The position numbers and the translations under genes were made by a program. DNA of 64,000 bases, counting the filler. It is 9 parts of 9 records of this genome, joined end to end, with 100 filler letters (N's around TTAATTAATTAA, not from the genome) between each part and the next. Parts side by side here need not be neighbours in the genome. Positions count along the whole stretch, not along the records: positions 27,495 to 35,805 come from SRR31147125_54889; positions 35,906 to 42,546 come from SRR31147125_55010; 7 more parts are not named here. One strand, 5' to 3'. Below the pieces are notes generated by a model, which saw only the letters and a list, made by a program, of their open reading frames with translations, was not told where the DNA came from and made no database searches. The first letter of the stretch is position 1, and every line of letters begins with the position of its first letter. Below are positions 28,881 to 39,009 of the stretch, piece by piece.

Positions 28881-30752
28881 TCATCCGTTCGTTTGTCCCG
28901 TGAGAGGGGTTAGTTTTTCGATATTTTCCTTTGCAAAGTCCAAGCTCGGGTCCAATGCAAGAGCCAGTTCGTAATAATCAACGGCCTTTTCATAGTTACC
29001 CAGCTCTCTATAATTGGATGCAATACTGGCGTGATCAATCCCGGAACCCGGGGTGATTTTAAGTACGTTTTCAAAGCATGAGATGGACGCTTCATGGTTT
29101 TTCAGCATGAAATGGCAAAACCCGAGAAGGTTGAATAAATCCGGTCGCTCATCATCCAGTGTCACCCCCTTTTCAAGAATGGCAACGGCATCCTCATATC
29201 TTCCTAAATTTTTTAGGCAGACACCGGAGTACGAGCAGATGCTGGGAATGTCCTGAGCTGCAGGATTCATTTCCATTGCCGCTTCAAGATGGGTTAACGC
29301 CTGTTCCGGATCTTCCATGTCAAGTCGACACAAGCCCCGGTAAAATTCGATATAGTATTGATCCGGCAGTGATTGTGCCATTTTATCCAGCAGCTGCATG
29401 GCTTTTTCCGGCGATGCGTTGGAGTAAACGTGTCTTGCAGCAAACATGGCAACACTGCTGCTTTCCGCCCGCTCCCTGAAACAGGTTCCCGGTACAATGG
29501 TATAGCAGGCAGGGATCTCCAATCTCGGATCGGTGGTGTTGACAATGATCAGCTCAAAATCGAAGGACTTCATGGCATCAATAACGGCTTCGATCTCATC
29601 TTTAATATTGGGGCTTGAAATATCGGGAAGATCGGAAATGGCGACCTTGGGGCAGGTGCCCTGCTCAATGGGGCCAATGATATGAGCTGCTTGATCCAGA
29701 GATGAATATTTGGGAAGTCCGCTGGCGACATAGTTGGCCGATGTGTTGAAATCACCGGCAAGCTGGGCCACCTCCGTCAACGCTCGACTTAACGCTTTAT
29801 CCGGGTTGGGGGCTGTGCCGGCTGTCCAAACGATCTCGCTGCTATCGGGGAAGGTCGAAGGATCGTATGCTAAAACCCCTACCGTTGGAACTCCGGTATC
29901 CAATGAAAAATCATTGATATAGAGTTTGATTCCGGCATCGGTGAATTTTTTTATCAACGCCGCGGTGGTTGGGTTGGTTACGGAGTTTGGATCGATGCAG
30001 GGGATTGTGGGTTTCTCTTTGCAAACGATGGCGGAAACATGGCGTTCTATAATCTCGCATGCCCCTTGGCAGATGGCCTCTTCGTGGCAGTTACCGGCGG
30101 AAGAGCCGTTAAACTCGTTGATCATGAAAAACCAGTCCATGGGGATGGACATCTCTTGCTCGGTGGAATAGTTGAATGCCTTGACCCACTTAAATTCCAG
30201 CATGGAGAAAAGTTGTTGCAGTATCTCTGTTTGATCGTCGATATGATCTGGGGGGACAGAACTCTTTGTGGATATATCCGGGCTTTGGTTTCGATCAATT
30301 TCATCAATGTCTCTACCATCATGACAGTCATGATTACTTTTTTGAATGGCTTTGACAGACTTCCGGATGAGTTCAAAAGGGAGTGTTTCAGGAATTTCAC
30401 CATATTTTCCTATGGTGATGTTGGCATCATTATCCATAAAACTATATAAACTGAACCGTTCAGCCAGTTCCATGACGGCGCTGGCTTCGGCAAGGGCAGG
30501 GGTGACTCCTTTTCCCATCTGTTTTTTGGTGCCGGTCAGACGTCCGGCATCATGTCCGCAGACGCTGTAGAAAACGGGAATGCCCAATCGATTGTTATCT
30601 ATCCTTCGGGTTTCTTTCAATATATGGAGATTGGCTGCACGGGAGTTTTTTTTAAATCGTTCAATGGTCTGTTCCGGTGACGTTACTTTGTCATGATCCG
30701 CATCCGACATCTTGAATGCATCGGAAAGTGTGTGGGAAAGCAGTGCTTTCAT
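28881..30752 (-). CDS. YcaO-family protein with C-terminal TPR repeats
   Basis: QMGKG..AEASAVMELAERFS, NGSSAGN..EEAI.QG.CE.IERH and RALTE ATP/Mg motifs; about four TPRs. Confidence 0.9.
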   Translation of the reverse strand: MKALLSHTLSDAFKMSDADHDKVTSPEQTIERFKKNSRAANLHILKETRRIDNNRLGIPVFYSVCGHDAGRLTGTKKQMGKGVTPALAEASAVMELAERFSLYSFMDNDANITIGKYGEIPETLPFELIRKSVKAIQKSNHDCHDGRDIDEIDRNQSPDISTKSSVPPDHIDDQTEILQQLFSMLEFKWVKAFNYSTEQEMSIPMDWFFMINEFNGSSAGNCHEEAICQGACEIIERHVSAIVCKEKPTIPCIDPNSVTNPTTAALIKKFTDAGIKLYINDFSLDTGVPTVGVLAYDPSTFPDSSEIVWTAGTAPNPDKALSRALTEVAQLAGDFNTSANYVASGLPKYSSLDQAAHIIGPIEQGTCPKVAISDLPDISSPNIKDEIEAVIDAMKSFDFELIIVNTTDPRLEIPACYTIVPGTCFRERAESSSVAMFAARHVYSNASPEKAMQLLDKMAQSLPDQYYIEFYRGLCRLDMEDPEQALTHLEAAMEMNPAAQDIPSICSYSGVCLKNLGRYEDAVAILEKGVTLDDERPDLFNLLGFCHFMLKNHEASISCFENVLKITPGSGIDHASIASNYRELGNYEKAVDYYELALALDPSLDFAKENIEKLTPLTGQTNG

Positions 30753-30969
30753 ATATAAATAACCTTCTTTTCAAATAAATAATATTGACATAATGGATGG
30801 TTTAGCAGTATCCTAACAGAATTTATTAGGCTTGGCGTGTGGACAGAAGGAAGTGATGGAGTGGTTAAATGCGCCCGAGGCAAAAGGCAATCGGGACATT
30901 CTTCAAACTGATTGGGTAAGTGGGGCGCATTGTAGTCGGTTCACAAAGGATTTGCAAGGGTAATTTAAT

Positions 30970-31566
30970 ATGGGTGATTTCAAGCGAACAGCAACTGTAA
31001 AAAGAGAGACAAAAGAGACGAGTATTGAGGCGACACTCACCCTTGAAGGCAGCGGACAACCTCAAATTTCAACTGGAATTTCGTTTTTCGATCATATGTT
31101 GACATTGTTCACCGTTCATGGATTTTTTGATCTGACCCTTCGTGCCGAGGGGGATCTTGAGGTGGACTATCATCACACGGTGGAGGATGTCGGGCTGGTG
31201 CTGGGTCAACTCTATTGCAACGCACTGGCCGATCGGCAGGGCATTTGTCGATACGGTGAGGGTGCGGTTCCCATGGATGAATCGCTGGCGCGGGTCAATG
31301 TCGATCTATCCAATCGTCCCTATCTTGTCTATCACATACCTTCCGTCATTCGGTCATCCGGAGCGTTTGATGCATGGCTTGCCAAAGAGTTTTTCCGGGC
31401 ATTCAGTGTGCAGGCCGGTATGAATCTCCATATCAATGTGCTTTATGGAGAAAATGAGCATCATATTCTGGAATCCACATTCAAAGCGACGGGCCGTGCA
31501 TTGAGGCAGGCTTGTCGGATTGATGAAAACATCAAAGGAACGCTTTCCAGTAAAGGGATGTTATAA
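30970..31566 (+). CDS. hisB: imidazoleglycerol-phosphate dehydratase
   Basis: RETKET, TGI.FFDHML, DYHHTVED, PMDE, NEHHILE. Confidence 0.97.
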   Translation: MGDFKRTATVKRETKETSIEATLTLEGSGQPQISTGISFFDHMLTLFTVHGFFDLTLRAEGDLEVDYHHTVEDVGLVLGQLYCNALADRQGICRYGEGAVPMDESLARVNVDLSNRPYLVYHIPSVIRSSGAFDAWLAKEFFRAFSVQAGMNLHINVLYGENEHHILESTFKATGRALRQACRIDENIKGTLSSKGML

Positions 31567-31765
31567 TAAAGCGGTTTTCAGGAACTATTTTGTCGGATCA
31601 TGAGTTATAGTCATGGACTATTGGGGTTTGACAATCACAATAGCCGGTAAATTCACAGTAACCGCTGCATTGTTATCCGTAAATCACCTGAAGCGTAGCC
31701 GATTTGCCTAAGTTTTACGCACCTAAGTGATTCTCTTTTAATTGAATTAGGATCCTTCTTTTCTA

Positions 31766-33694
31766 ATGCGTATCCCGGAAGAAAAAATATCAGAAATTCT
31801 CAATGCAGCGGATATTGTTGATTTGATATCCGATGTTGTCAATTTAAAACGGTCGGGGAAAAATTTTTTCGGTCTCTGTCCGTTTCATTCGGAAAAGACC
31901 CCCTCATTTTCAGTCAGTCCGGACAAACAGATTTTTCACTGCTTTGGGTGCAGTGCCGGTGGAAATGCGTTTTCCTTTATCATGAAGTATCATGGATTGT
32001 CATTCCCGGAAGCTGCCGTATTTCTTGCTCGAAAATTCGACATTGCCATGGAGAGTGTCGAATTAGACCCATCCCAGAGAAAAAAGATGCAGATGAAAGA
32101 AGGGGTGTTTCGGGTCAATCAAAATGTTCGGGATTTTTTTTTCCATCAGCTTCAAAATGAAGCAGAGGCAGCCCCGGCAAGAGATTATCTTGAAAAACGG
32201 GGGATCACTCAGGAAATCATCGATACATTTGGCATTGGCTTTGCCCCGGATGCGTGGGATTCGGTGGTTCAGCTGCTCAGAAAAATGAGATTGTCTCGAA
32301 GCGTGGCAGAGGCTTCCGGACTGGTTTTACCGAGAAAAAACGGCAGCGGTTATTATGATCGGTTTCGAAATCGAATCGTTTTTCCGATTATTGATGTGAA
32401 TATGCAGGTGGCCGGATTCGGTGGGCGGGTGATGGATGAGAGCATGCCCAAATACCTGAACTCCCCTGAGACAGTCGTTTACAGCAAAGGTCGGATTTTA
32501 TATGGCCTTCATGCCGCCAGGCAGTATTGCCGTCAGCAGGGAGATGTTTATATTGTTGAAGGATACTTTGATTTCATCTCTTTGTATCAATATGGTGTCA
32601 AGAATTGTGTCGCTACATTGGGTACCGCACTGACCGACGCACATGTGCGTCTACTGAAGGGCTATGCCTCACGCATGATTTTGGTTTTTGATTCCGATGA
32701 TGCCGGTGTCAATGCCGCGGTTCGAGGTGTCGAACTCTTTTTGAAAGAAGGGGTGGAGGTTCGGATACTGGTGTTGCCTGAAGGGCAGGATCCGGACTCT
32801 TTCATCAGAGCCCATGGAAAAGAGGCGTTCCAACGTGCCGCTCAAAAAACCATGACCGTGATGGCGTTTTTAACTCAGACGGCCATCAAGCGCCATGGAC
32901 TTTCCATTGAAGGAAAGGTTGCCGTCTTGAATGAGATCAGTCAATATCTTGTCTCCGTTCGGGAAAGTGCAACCCGATCGCTTTATATCAGGGATCTGTC
33001 CCATAAATTGGGGATTGATGAGAAAGCCGTGATGGAAAAGGTAAAGGAACATTTCAATCGTCCTCAGAATAGAATCGGCCGAGGAGGCCCCGGTGGCCTC
33101 GAAAAGGGAGATGGAAGATGGCAAGGCAGTGGTCGAGCCGGCACGCCGTCGCACCCGGTCGGGGGGAGCGCAATCGATTCCAATCAAAGGCAACATGCCA
33201 TTGGGCGACAATTTTCTGATGCCGGTGGGGCTGATGGGACGACGGAATATCTTGTCGACACCGGAGCAAACAAAAGAGAGCGCCAGATTGTCGCCATGAT
33301 GATCCAATTTCCGGTCATTATTGAAGAGGTAAAGAGCAGAAACCTTCTTGCGCATTTTTTTTCAGCAAGGCTCAAAGCATTGGGCGAACTTGTGATTGTT
33401 GCGGCAGATTCCGGTTCTCCTGAACGGGTGGCGGCGGATGCCATGGCGACAGCCGAAAATGAAGAAGACCGGGAATTGATGGCTTCCCTAGCCATGATGG
33501 AGTTGGCAGGGGAAGATGACTTATTGAAAAAATCGATTTTTTTGATGAATCGAGTGATCCATGTCAGGCAGAAGCATGAAAATAGTTTGACCAATGAAAT
33601 TCGAAAAGTAGAGCAGAGTGATAAAACTGATTTTCCATTGGAGTTGTTGAGGCAACGACAAAAGGAAATCAGACAGTTACGTGGGTATAATTGA
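31766..33694 (+). CDS. dnaG: DNA primase
   Basis: [47 protein letters not shown]. Confidence 0.97.
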   Translation: MRIPEEKISEILNAADIVDLISDVVNLKRSGKNFFGLCPFHSEKTPSFSVSPDKQIFHCFGCSAGGNAFSFIMKYHGLSFPEAAVFLARKFDIAMESVELDPSQRKKMQMKEGVFRVNQNVRDFFFHQLQNEAEAAPARDYLEKRGITQEIIDTFGIGFAPDAWDSVVQLLRKMRLSRSVAEASGLVLPRKNGSGYYDRFRNRIVFPIIDVNMQVAGFGGRVMDESMPKYLNSPETVVYSKGRILYGLHAARQYCRQQGDVYIVEGYFDFISLYQYGVKNCVATLGTALTDAHVRLLKGYASRMILVFDSDDAGVNAAVRGVELFLKEGVEVRILVLPEGQDPDSFIRAHGKEAFQRAAQKTMTVMAFLTQTAIKRHGLSIEGKVAVLNEISQYLVSVRESATRSLYIRDLSHKLGIDEKAVMEKVKEHFNRPQNRIGRGGPGGLEKGDGRWQGSGRAGTPSHPVGGSAIDSNQRQHAIGRQFSDAGGADGTTEYLVDTGANKRERQIVAMMIQFPVIIEEVKSRNLLAHFFSARLKALGELVIVAADSGSPERVAADAMATAENEEDRELMASLAMMELAGEDDLLKKSIFLMNRVIHVRQKHENSLTNEIRKVEQSDKTDFPLELLRQRQKEIRQLRGYN

Positions 33695-33716
33695 TAGCCT
33701 GTGGGAGGCATTTTTT

Positions 33717-35684
33717 ATGGCAGCAAAGTCGGTTCGATCCGGAGGGGGAGAGGCGGTTTCAAAAGCCTTGTTGAAGTGTTTGATTGCAAAGGGAAAGCAA
33801 GAGGGATATCTCTCCTATGCCGAGGTTAACGCGGCTATTTCAGATAATTTGAAATCTCCCGATCAACTCGATGATATCTTGTCTCTTTTTAAAGAGATGG
33901 GGATAGAGCTGGTCGATATGGAAAAGGAAAAGCGGAAACCGGAAAGTGAGGCCCGTTCAGCCGTTTCTAAAGATGAAGAGAGTCAGCTCAAAGCAAAGCA
34001 GACATCCCCATCTGAAAATGTAAGTGCGTCTGAAACAAAGAATGGTGCCTCTGAAGAGCTCCCTTCATCTCAAGATGCCCTAAAAGAGGACGCGGCATCT
34101 GAAAAACCATCTCGGTCATCTAAAGCGGGTTCTGCGGAAAAAACAACTTCCAAGGCAAAGCCCAAAGCGTTCACGGCGAAAGCCACGGATGCCGACATGG
34201 AATTTGGTGCGGTAACGGATCCGGTCAAGATGTATCTTCGAGAGATGGGAATGGTAACCCTTCTCAGTAGAGAGGGGGAGATTGAGATTGCCAAGAAGAT
34301 CGAGGTGGGTGAGCATGAAATACTGAAATCAATGTTGGCCAGCCCCCTTGCCGTTGCCGTTATTTTGGCACGGGGAGACCGTATCAAATTCGGACGCTCT
34401 CCGTTGAAGCAGTTTTTAAGAGATGTGGAAGAGGTGGAGGGCGATATTGATGACACCTCGAAACGTGAGAAGGTCATGCAGACCATGGAGCGCATTGAGG
34501 CCGTTCACGGAAAGAATCAGGCGTTCAGGGATCGAATCTTGACCGAAGATCTCGAGCCTGCCCAGATCCGAAAACTCAAAGGGGATATTCGTAGTAATAC
34601 CGATGAGATTTACGCGCTTCTCAAAGAGTGGCGCATCGAAAACAGTGTGATCGATGATATTGAAAAGCGCATTAGAGATCAGGTGAAGTGGTTTGATGTA
34701 ATGGATTCGTTACTGAAACGCTGCGCCATGACATTTCGGGCCAAACGGGATGATATGTGTCTTGAATTGGCAAATGAAGAGGGGTTTGTCAAATGGGCCA
34801 TGGATCATACCGATATCAGCGATGAGACCGCTCGCCTTCTTCACGGTGATCTTTGCAATATCACCGAGCAAGTCAATGAAAAGAAGGATCTGGTCAAAGG
34901 GGATGCATCCACACTCCGAAAGATCATCAAGGGGATCGATAAGGGGCGTCGTCAGGCCAAGTACGCGAAAAGCGAGCTTGTCAGAGCCAATTTGCGTCTG
35001 GTGGTCAGTATTGCCAAAAAATACACCAATCGAGGACTGCAGTTTTTGGATTTGATTCAGGAAGGGAATATCGGTCTCATGAAGGCGGTGGATAAATTCG
35101 AGTATCGTCGGGGGTATAAGTTCAGCACCTATGCCACCTGGTGGATCAGGCAGGCCATTACCCGTGCCATTGCCGACCAGGCAAGAACCATTCGTATACC
35201 GGTTCACATGATCGAGACCATCAATAAATTGATCCGAACCTCCCGATATCTGGTTCAGGAGATGGGTAAGGAGCCTTCTCCGGAAGAGATCGCGGAAAAG
35301 ATGGAAATCTCCCTGGATAAGGTCAGACGGGTACTCAAAATTGCCCGGGAGCCCATCTCCCTCGAGACTCCCATTGGCGAGGAAGAAGATAGCCATCTTG
35401 GGGATTTTATCGAAGATAAAAAGTTCTCTTTGCCCTCAGAGGCGGCCATCAATCTCAACTTGGCGGAACAGACCCGGAAGGTCCTTGCCACCTTGACACC
35501 CAGGGAAGAGAAGGTCCTTCGGATGCGATTCGGCATTGGAGAGAAGGCTGATCATACTCTGGAAGAGGTGGGAAAAGACTTTACCGTCACCCGTGAGCGA
35601 ATCCGTCAGATCGAAGCCAAAGCCCTTCGAAAGTTAAGGCACCCGACAAGAAGTAAGAAGCTCAAAAGTTTTATTGAATTGTAG
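33717..35684 (+). CDS. rpoD: RNA polymerase primary sigma factor RpoD
   Basis: GGAGG RBS before ATG 33717; [45 protein letters not shown]. Confidence 0.97.
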   Translation: MAAKSVRSGGGEAVSKALLKCLIAKGKQEGYLSYAEVNAAISDNLKSPDQLDDILSLFKEMGIELVDMEKEKRKPESEARSAVSKDEESQLKAKQTSPSENVSASETKNGASEELPSSQDALKEDAASEKPSRSSKAGSAEKTTSKAKPKAFTAKATDADMEFGAVTDPVKMYLREMGMVTLLSREGEIEIAKKIEVGEHEILKSMLASPLAVAVILARGDRIKFGRSPLKQFLRDVEEVEGDIDDTSKREKVMQTMERIEAVHGKNQAFRDRILTEDLEPAQIRKLKGDIRSNTDEIYALLKEWRIENSVIDDIEKRIRDQVKWFDVMDSLLKRCAMTFRAKRDDMCLELANEEGFVKWAMDHTDISDETARLLHGDLCNITEQVNEKKDLVKGDASTLRKIIKGIDKGRRQAKYAKSELVRANLRLVVSIAKKYTNRGLQFLDLIQEGNIGLMKAVDKFEYRRGYKFSTYATWWIRQAITRAIADQARTIRIPVHMIETINKLIRTSRYLVQEMGKEPSPEEIAEKMEISLDKVRRVLKIAREPISLETPIGEEEDSHLGDFIEDKKFSLPSEAAINLNLAEQTRKVLATLTPREEKVLRMRFGIGEKADHTLEEVGKDFTVTRERIRQIEAKALRKLRHPTRSKKLKSFIEL

Positions 35685-35693
35685 AGGATCTGC

Positions 35694-35721
35694 TTGACAT
35701 TGAAGTGAAAAGATATATAAT
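35694..35721 (+). promoter_or_regulatory. consensus sigma70 promoter for the tRNA
   Basis: TTGACA-16 bp-TATAAT followed by a GC-rich discriminator. Confidence 0.85.
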
Positions 35722-35759
35722 TGCCGCGTTCATCTGACGGATATAGACAAGACAGATGA

Positions 35760-35805
35760 GGGCCTATAGCTCAGCTTGGTAGAGCCACCGGCTCATAACC
35801 GGTCG
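35760..35805 (+). tRNA. tRNA with CAT anticodon, probably Ile2 (lysidine type), truncated by the contig end
   Basis: GGGCCTATAGCTCAG..GGTAGAGC D-arm; ACCGG-CTCATAA-CCGGT anticodon arm; position after rpoD. Confidence 0.85.
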
Positions 35806-35905
35806 NNNNNNNNNNNNNNNNNNNNNNNNNNNNNNNNNNNNNNNNNNNNTTAATTAATTAANNNNNNNNNNNNNNNNNNNNNNNNNNNNNNNNNNNNNNN
35901 NNNNN
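35806..35905. other. artificial contig linker
   Basis: N-run/TTAATTAATTAA/N-run. Confidence 0.98.
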
Positions 35906-35906
35906 A

Positions 35907-36070
35907 GTCACGCTGAGCGGAGCCGAAGCGCCTGCTGACTGCCCCCTGGCCCCTCGTGCGGCCTCGAAGCGTCAAGGCTAGAGGGGCAGTAAGGTGATTT
36001 TGCCTGGGGTCCCTCGGCTACGCACGGTTCATCGACTCTGTACGGTCCCTCGACTCCGCTCGTGGATGAC
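35907..36070. repeat. nested REP/REPIN-like element
   Basis: outer arms GTCACGCTGAGCGGAGCCGAAG / CTCGACTCCGCTCGTGGATGAC; inner arms ACTGCCCC / GGGGCAGT; three 18-bp tandem units at 36008-36061. Confidence 0.65.
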
Positions 36071-36797
36071 GTGGGATTTGAGGTCAGGAATGATAGAAAG
36101 GATTTTTTCTCAAAAATGACTTGCAAATTAAATACAATTTATATAATATATTACACACGTAAAATTCAGGGGGGTTGGGGAAGGGGTAATTCATAAAAAC
36201 AGATTTTAAAGCTCTACAGAGTTTCATGGAGAAAAACGGTGGATTGCTTTAGTTTATTAGCCTGAACATGGTGAGCTTAGTAAGATGTGGTCGTTACCAA
36301 ATGGATATATCAAGACATCTGGTCAATCGACTCGTACAGGATCGAACGCTTAATTCTCTTCTCATACCAGAATGATCAGACAAAAGTAAACTTGATTTTA
36401 AGCTATTTAGAGATGAATTTAACAGCAATATCACGTGTCTGATTGTTTTCGTCTTTTGTACCATTCAAAATATCCAGCCAAGTCGTATTTTCAATTTCAA
36501 TCAGTTTCACAATACAGTTCCATTATTATCGTTCGCACAATAAAAAGTGAAACAGAGCAGTTCATATTTAAGAGCCCGAAAAAAGTCGGTTTTATGGTGC
36601 GGAGAATTCAGGTTCAAAGGATATTCTCTCTCTAAATTTGGGGGAAATGGAATTGAACAAACGAACCCAAAATAACAAAAGGTGCAATTGTCGTTTATTT
36701 ATAAGGATCGTTTGAAATTTTGATAAAATAATTTCAAATGTGCCTTTGATGGAAAAAATGGAAGGACTTTTTTATCCACCTATTATAGGAGAAATGT

Positions 36798-39008
36798 ATG
36801 CACAGCAAAAGCCCTAATCCTCTTCTATTATTAACAGTGATATTAACACTGTTGTTTCAGCATCCAGCCGTGGCTGATATTGGGGAAACCTTTGCGGAAC
36901 AGACAAAACAGTTACAGTTCATTAGCGCGGAGATGCAGCAACAGGTCCTGCCCATGTTGTCGCTGATCCGGGAGATGGAGAAACAGCAACCTGTCAATGA
37001 GATCGAGCTGGTCAAGGTACACAAAACAACCGCAGCTGTGTACGAAGCAGACAATGCCGATGCCACGGTCAGGTTTACCGCGAACATGCACGATGAGTAC
37101 CCCATAAAGGATCAGCGCGATCAGTGGTTTCAGATCACTTTAAACGATGGCCGCAGCGGCTGGATTCACGAAGATGATGTGCAGATCATCACGGTCAGTG
37201 AACCAACCGGATCATCCGGGAGTCAGACACAACAGAGGGAGATACTGGAACTGATAGCCGGTTATATGAAGGATATTCATATCCGACATCATGAGGCATC
37301 TGCGATCCTGGATTCGCTGCAGCAGATGTATAATGGCCTTCCGTTAGCAGAAAAGCAATCTTTTTATACCATGTACGAGACAGCTCTCAAGGCCGGGGAT
37401 CAGATCCGCAAATATTATGGTTATGCGGAACGGTTTTACCAGCCTTATGCTATCCGTATTGCTGCGTTAGAGTCAAAAACAGGTGGGCCAGGACGGCGAA
37501 CATTTAGCGGGAATGCGGGCTTGAATCTGGGCCATTCGGAATACAAGTTCGACAAGATGGAAACCTCAACGTCGCGTAACATCAACCTGGGTGGAATCCT
37601 GCCGCTGAACGACCGGTCACGTCTGTCGTTTGGTTTCAATAATCGTAAAGAAGTGCTGATCACACCATTTTCAACCATGGATATGCATGTGGGATACAGC
37701 AATCGTTTTAATAACGGATTGAATCTTGACAGCCGCCTTACCTACAATAAGTATAACGATGAAAAAACCGATCGTAATAATTTTGGCCAGATTGGCGCGC
37801 AAATGAATGCCACGTATCCCATGTCGCCCACCAACCAGTTGTTTGGCTATTACCAGTTTCTCAACAAGGGATATTCGGAAGACGGCGGCAATGATTATAC
37901 ATCCAATCAGTTCAATGTCGGATCTCGGATGAAGCGCAGTCCTACCAGTGACATAACAGCCAATCTGCGTGGTATTATACAGTCGAGCGACATTAGCTAC
38001 CTGTCCTTCAACCAATGGACGCCGCGGATGCGATATGTAAAACAGCGTCCGAACAATCGCTCCTTTGGCGCTATCGCGGATGTGGATATGATGTCGTATG
38101 ATGAAGAAGCGAAAAACAACAATTATGTACGCGAAAACATTCAGCTACGCTGGACAGCCCGGGATAAAGCTGAACGGCGTTCCAAATACGTGAAATTCAT
38201 AGCCAAACAGTTTACCAACAATGAATTGTTTAATTACCTGAAATTGGGCGGAGACATGCGCTGGCAGCAGGGCACGCGAGGATTTGGGGCTTCTTCCGCG
38301 ACCACATTTTACGGCCTGGTCACTTATTTTCCGAATGAAAACGCACCACAATCCGATTATCTTGACCTACGTGCTGACCGTATGACCACGGCAGAGTCCT
38401 GGTTTTTCAACGTCAACGGTTATACCCGCTTGTGGAGTGATGCTAGTGCCTCGCGAAATGTGGATCACATAATAAATCTGTACAGCAAGATTGGCGTTGT
38501 GATGCCGGAAACGAACCTGGGACCAATTGTTTTCAGCAAATTACGGTTTGGGCCCATACTCGGGGCGCATATCCTGTTCAATAAGGACGAGCGTTTTATC
38601 AAAAATGACGGCAATTCCATTCGCATTGGTATGGGCTTTCAGAGCTATTTCAGCATAAAACGTATCACTGGTCATATCTCCTACACTGCCGAACGATCCA
38701 TTGTCTACGGCAATGCGGTGGAAGTGGATGTCAATACCGGACAGGTTGATTACGGCCGACTGGTGAAGCGGAAGCCAACAACGATCCAGTGGAAGGTGGG
38801 TGCGCGAATGCCGGTATCCCGGGACCTGGATTTTCAGGTTGATATGAGTTATTTCAATATCGAGCTGGATGTGGATCCGGAAGCCAGCATCAATCCCATC
38901 GAGAACCGGTCCAAATTCAGCTTGTTGGGCGGTCTGGCATGGCGCTTTGATTTTCTGCAGATCTATGATAATATAACCGGACAATTCACTTCAGAGGAGG
39001 GCCGATAA
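36798..39008 (+). CDS. exported protein: SH3b-like domain, helical linker and probable outer-membrane beta-barrel
   Basis: signal peptide (..PAVA-D); QWFQITLNDGRSGWI SH3b signature; about 480 aa of alternating aromatic beta-strands ending GGLAWRF. Confidence 0.7.
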   Translation: MHSKSPNPLLLLTVILTLLFQHPAVADIGETFAEQTKQLQFISAEMQQQVLPMLSLIREMEKQQPVNEIELVKVHKTTAAVYEADNADATVRFTANMHDEYPIKDQRDQWFQITLNDGRSGWIHEDDVQIITVSEPTGSSGSQTQQREILELIAGYMKDIHIRHHEASAILDSLQQMYNGLPLAEKQSFYTMYETALKAGDQIRKYYGYAERFYQPYAIRIAALESKTGGPGRRTFSGNAGLNLGHSEYKFDKMETSTSRNINLGGILPLNDRSRLSFGFNNRKEVLITPFSTMDMHVGYSNRFNNGLNLDSRLTYNKYNDEKTDRNNFGQIGAQMNATYPMSPTNQLFGYYQFLNKGYSEDGGNDYTSNQFNVGSRMKRSPTSDITANLRGIIQSSDISYLSFNQWTPRMRYVKQRPNNRSFGAIADVDMMSYDEEAKNNNYVRENIQLRWTARDKAERRSKYVKFIAKQFTNNELFNYLKLGGDMRWQQGTRGFGASSATTFYGLVTYFPNENAPQSDYLDLRADRMTTAESWFFNVNGYTRLWSDASASRNVDHIINLYSKIGVVMPETNLGPIVFSKLRFGPILGAHILFNKDERFIKNDGNSIRIGMGFQSYFSIKRITGHISYTAERSIVYGNAVEVDVNTGQVDYGRLVKRKPTTIQWKVGARMPVSRDLDFQVDMSYFNIELDVDPEASINPIENRSKFSLLGGLAWRFDFLQIYDNITGQFTSEEGR

Positions 39009-39009
39009 C

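Noticed and set aside
33054-33260. Gly-rich insert in DnaG as an intein or new domain
   Set aside because: No intein motifs; it lies in the variable linker before the C-terminal domain.
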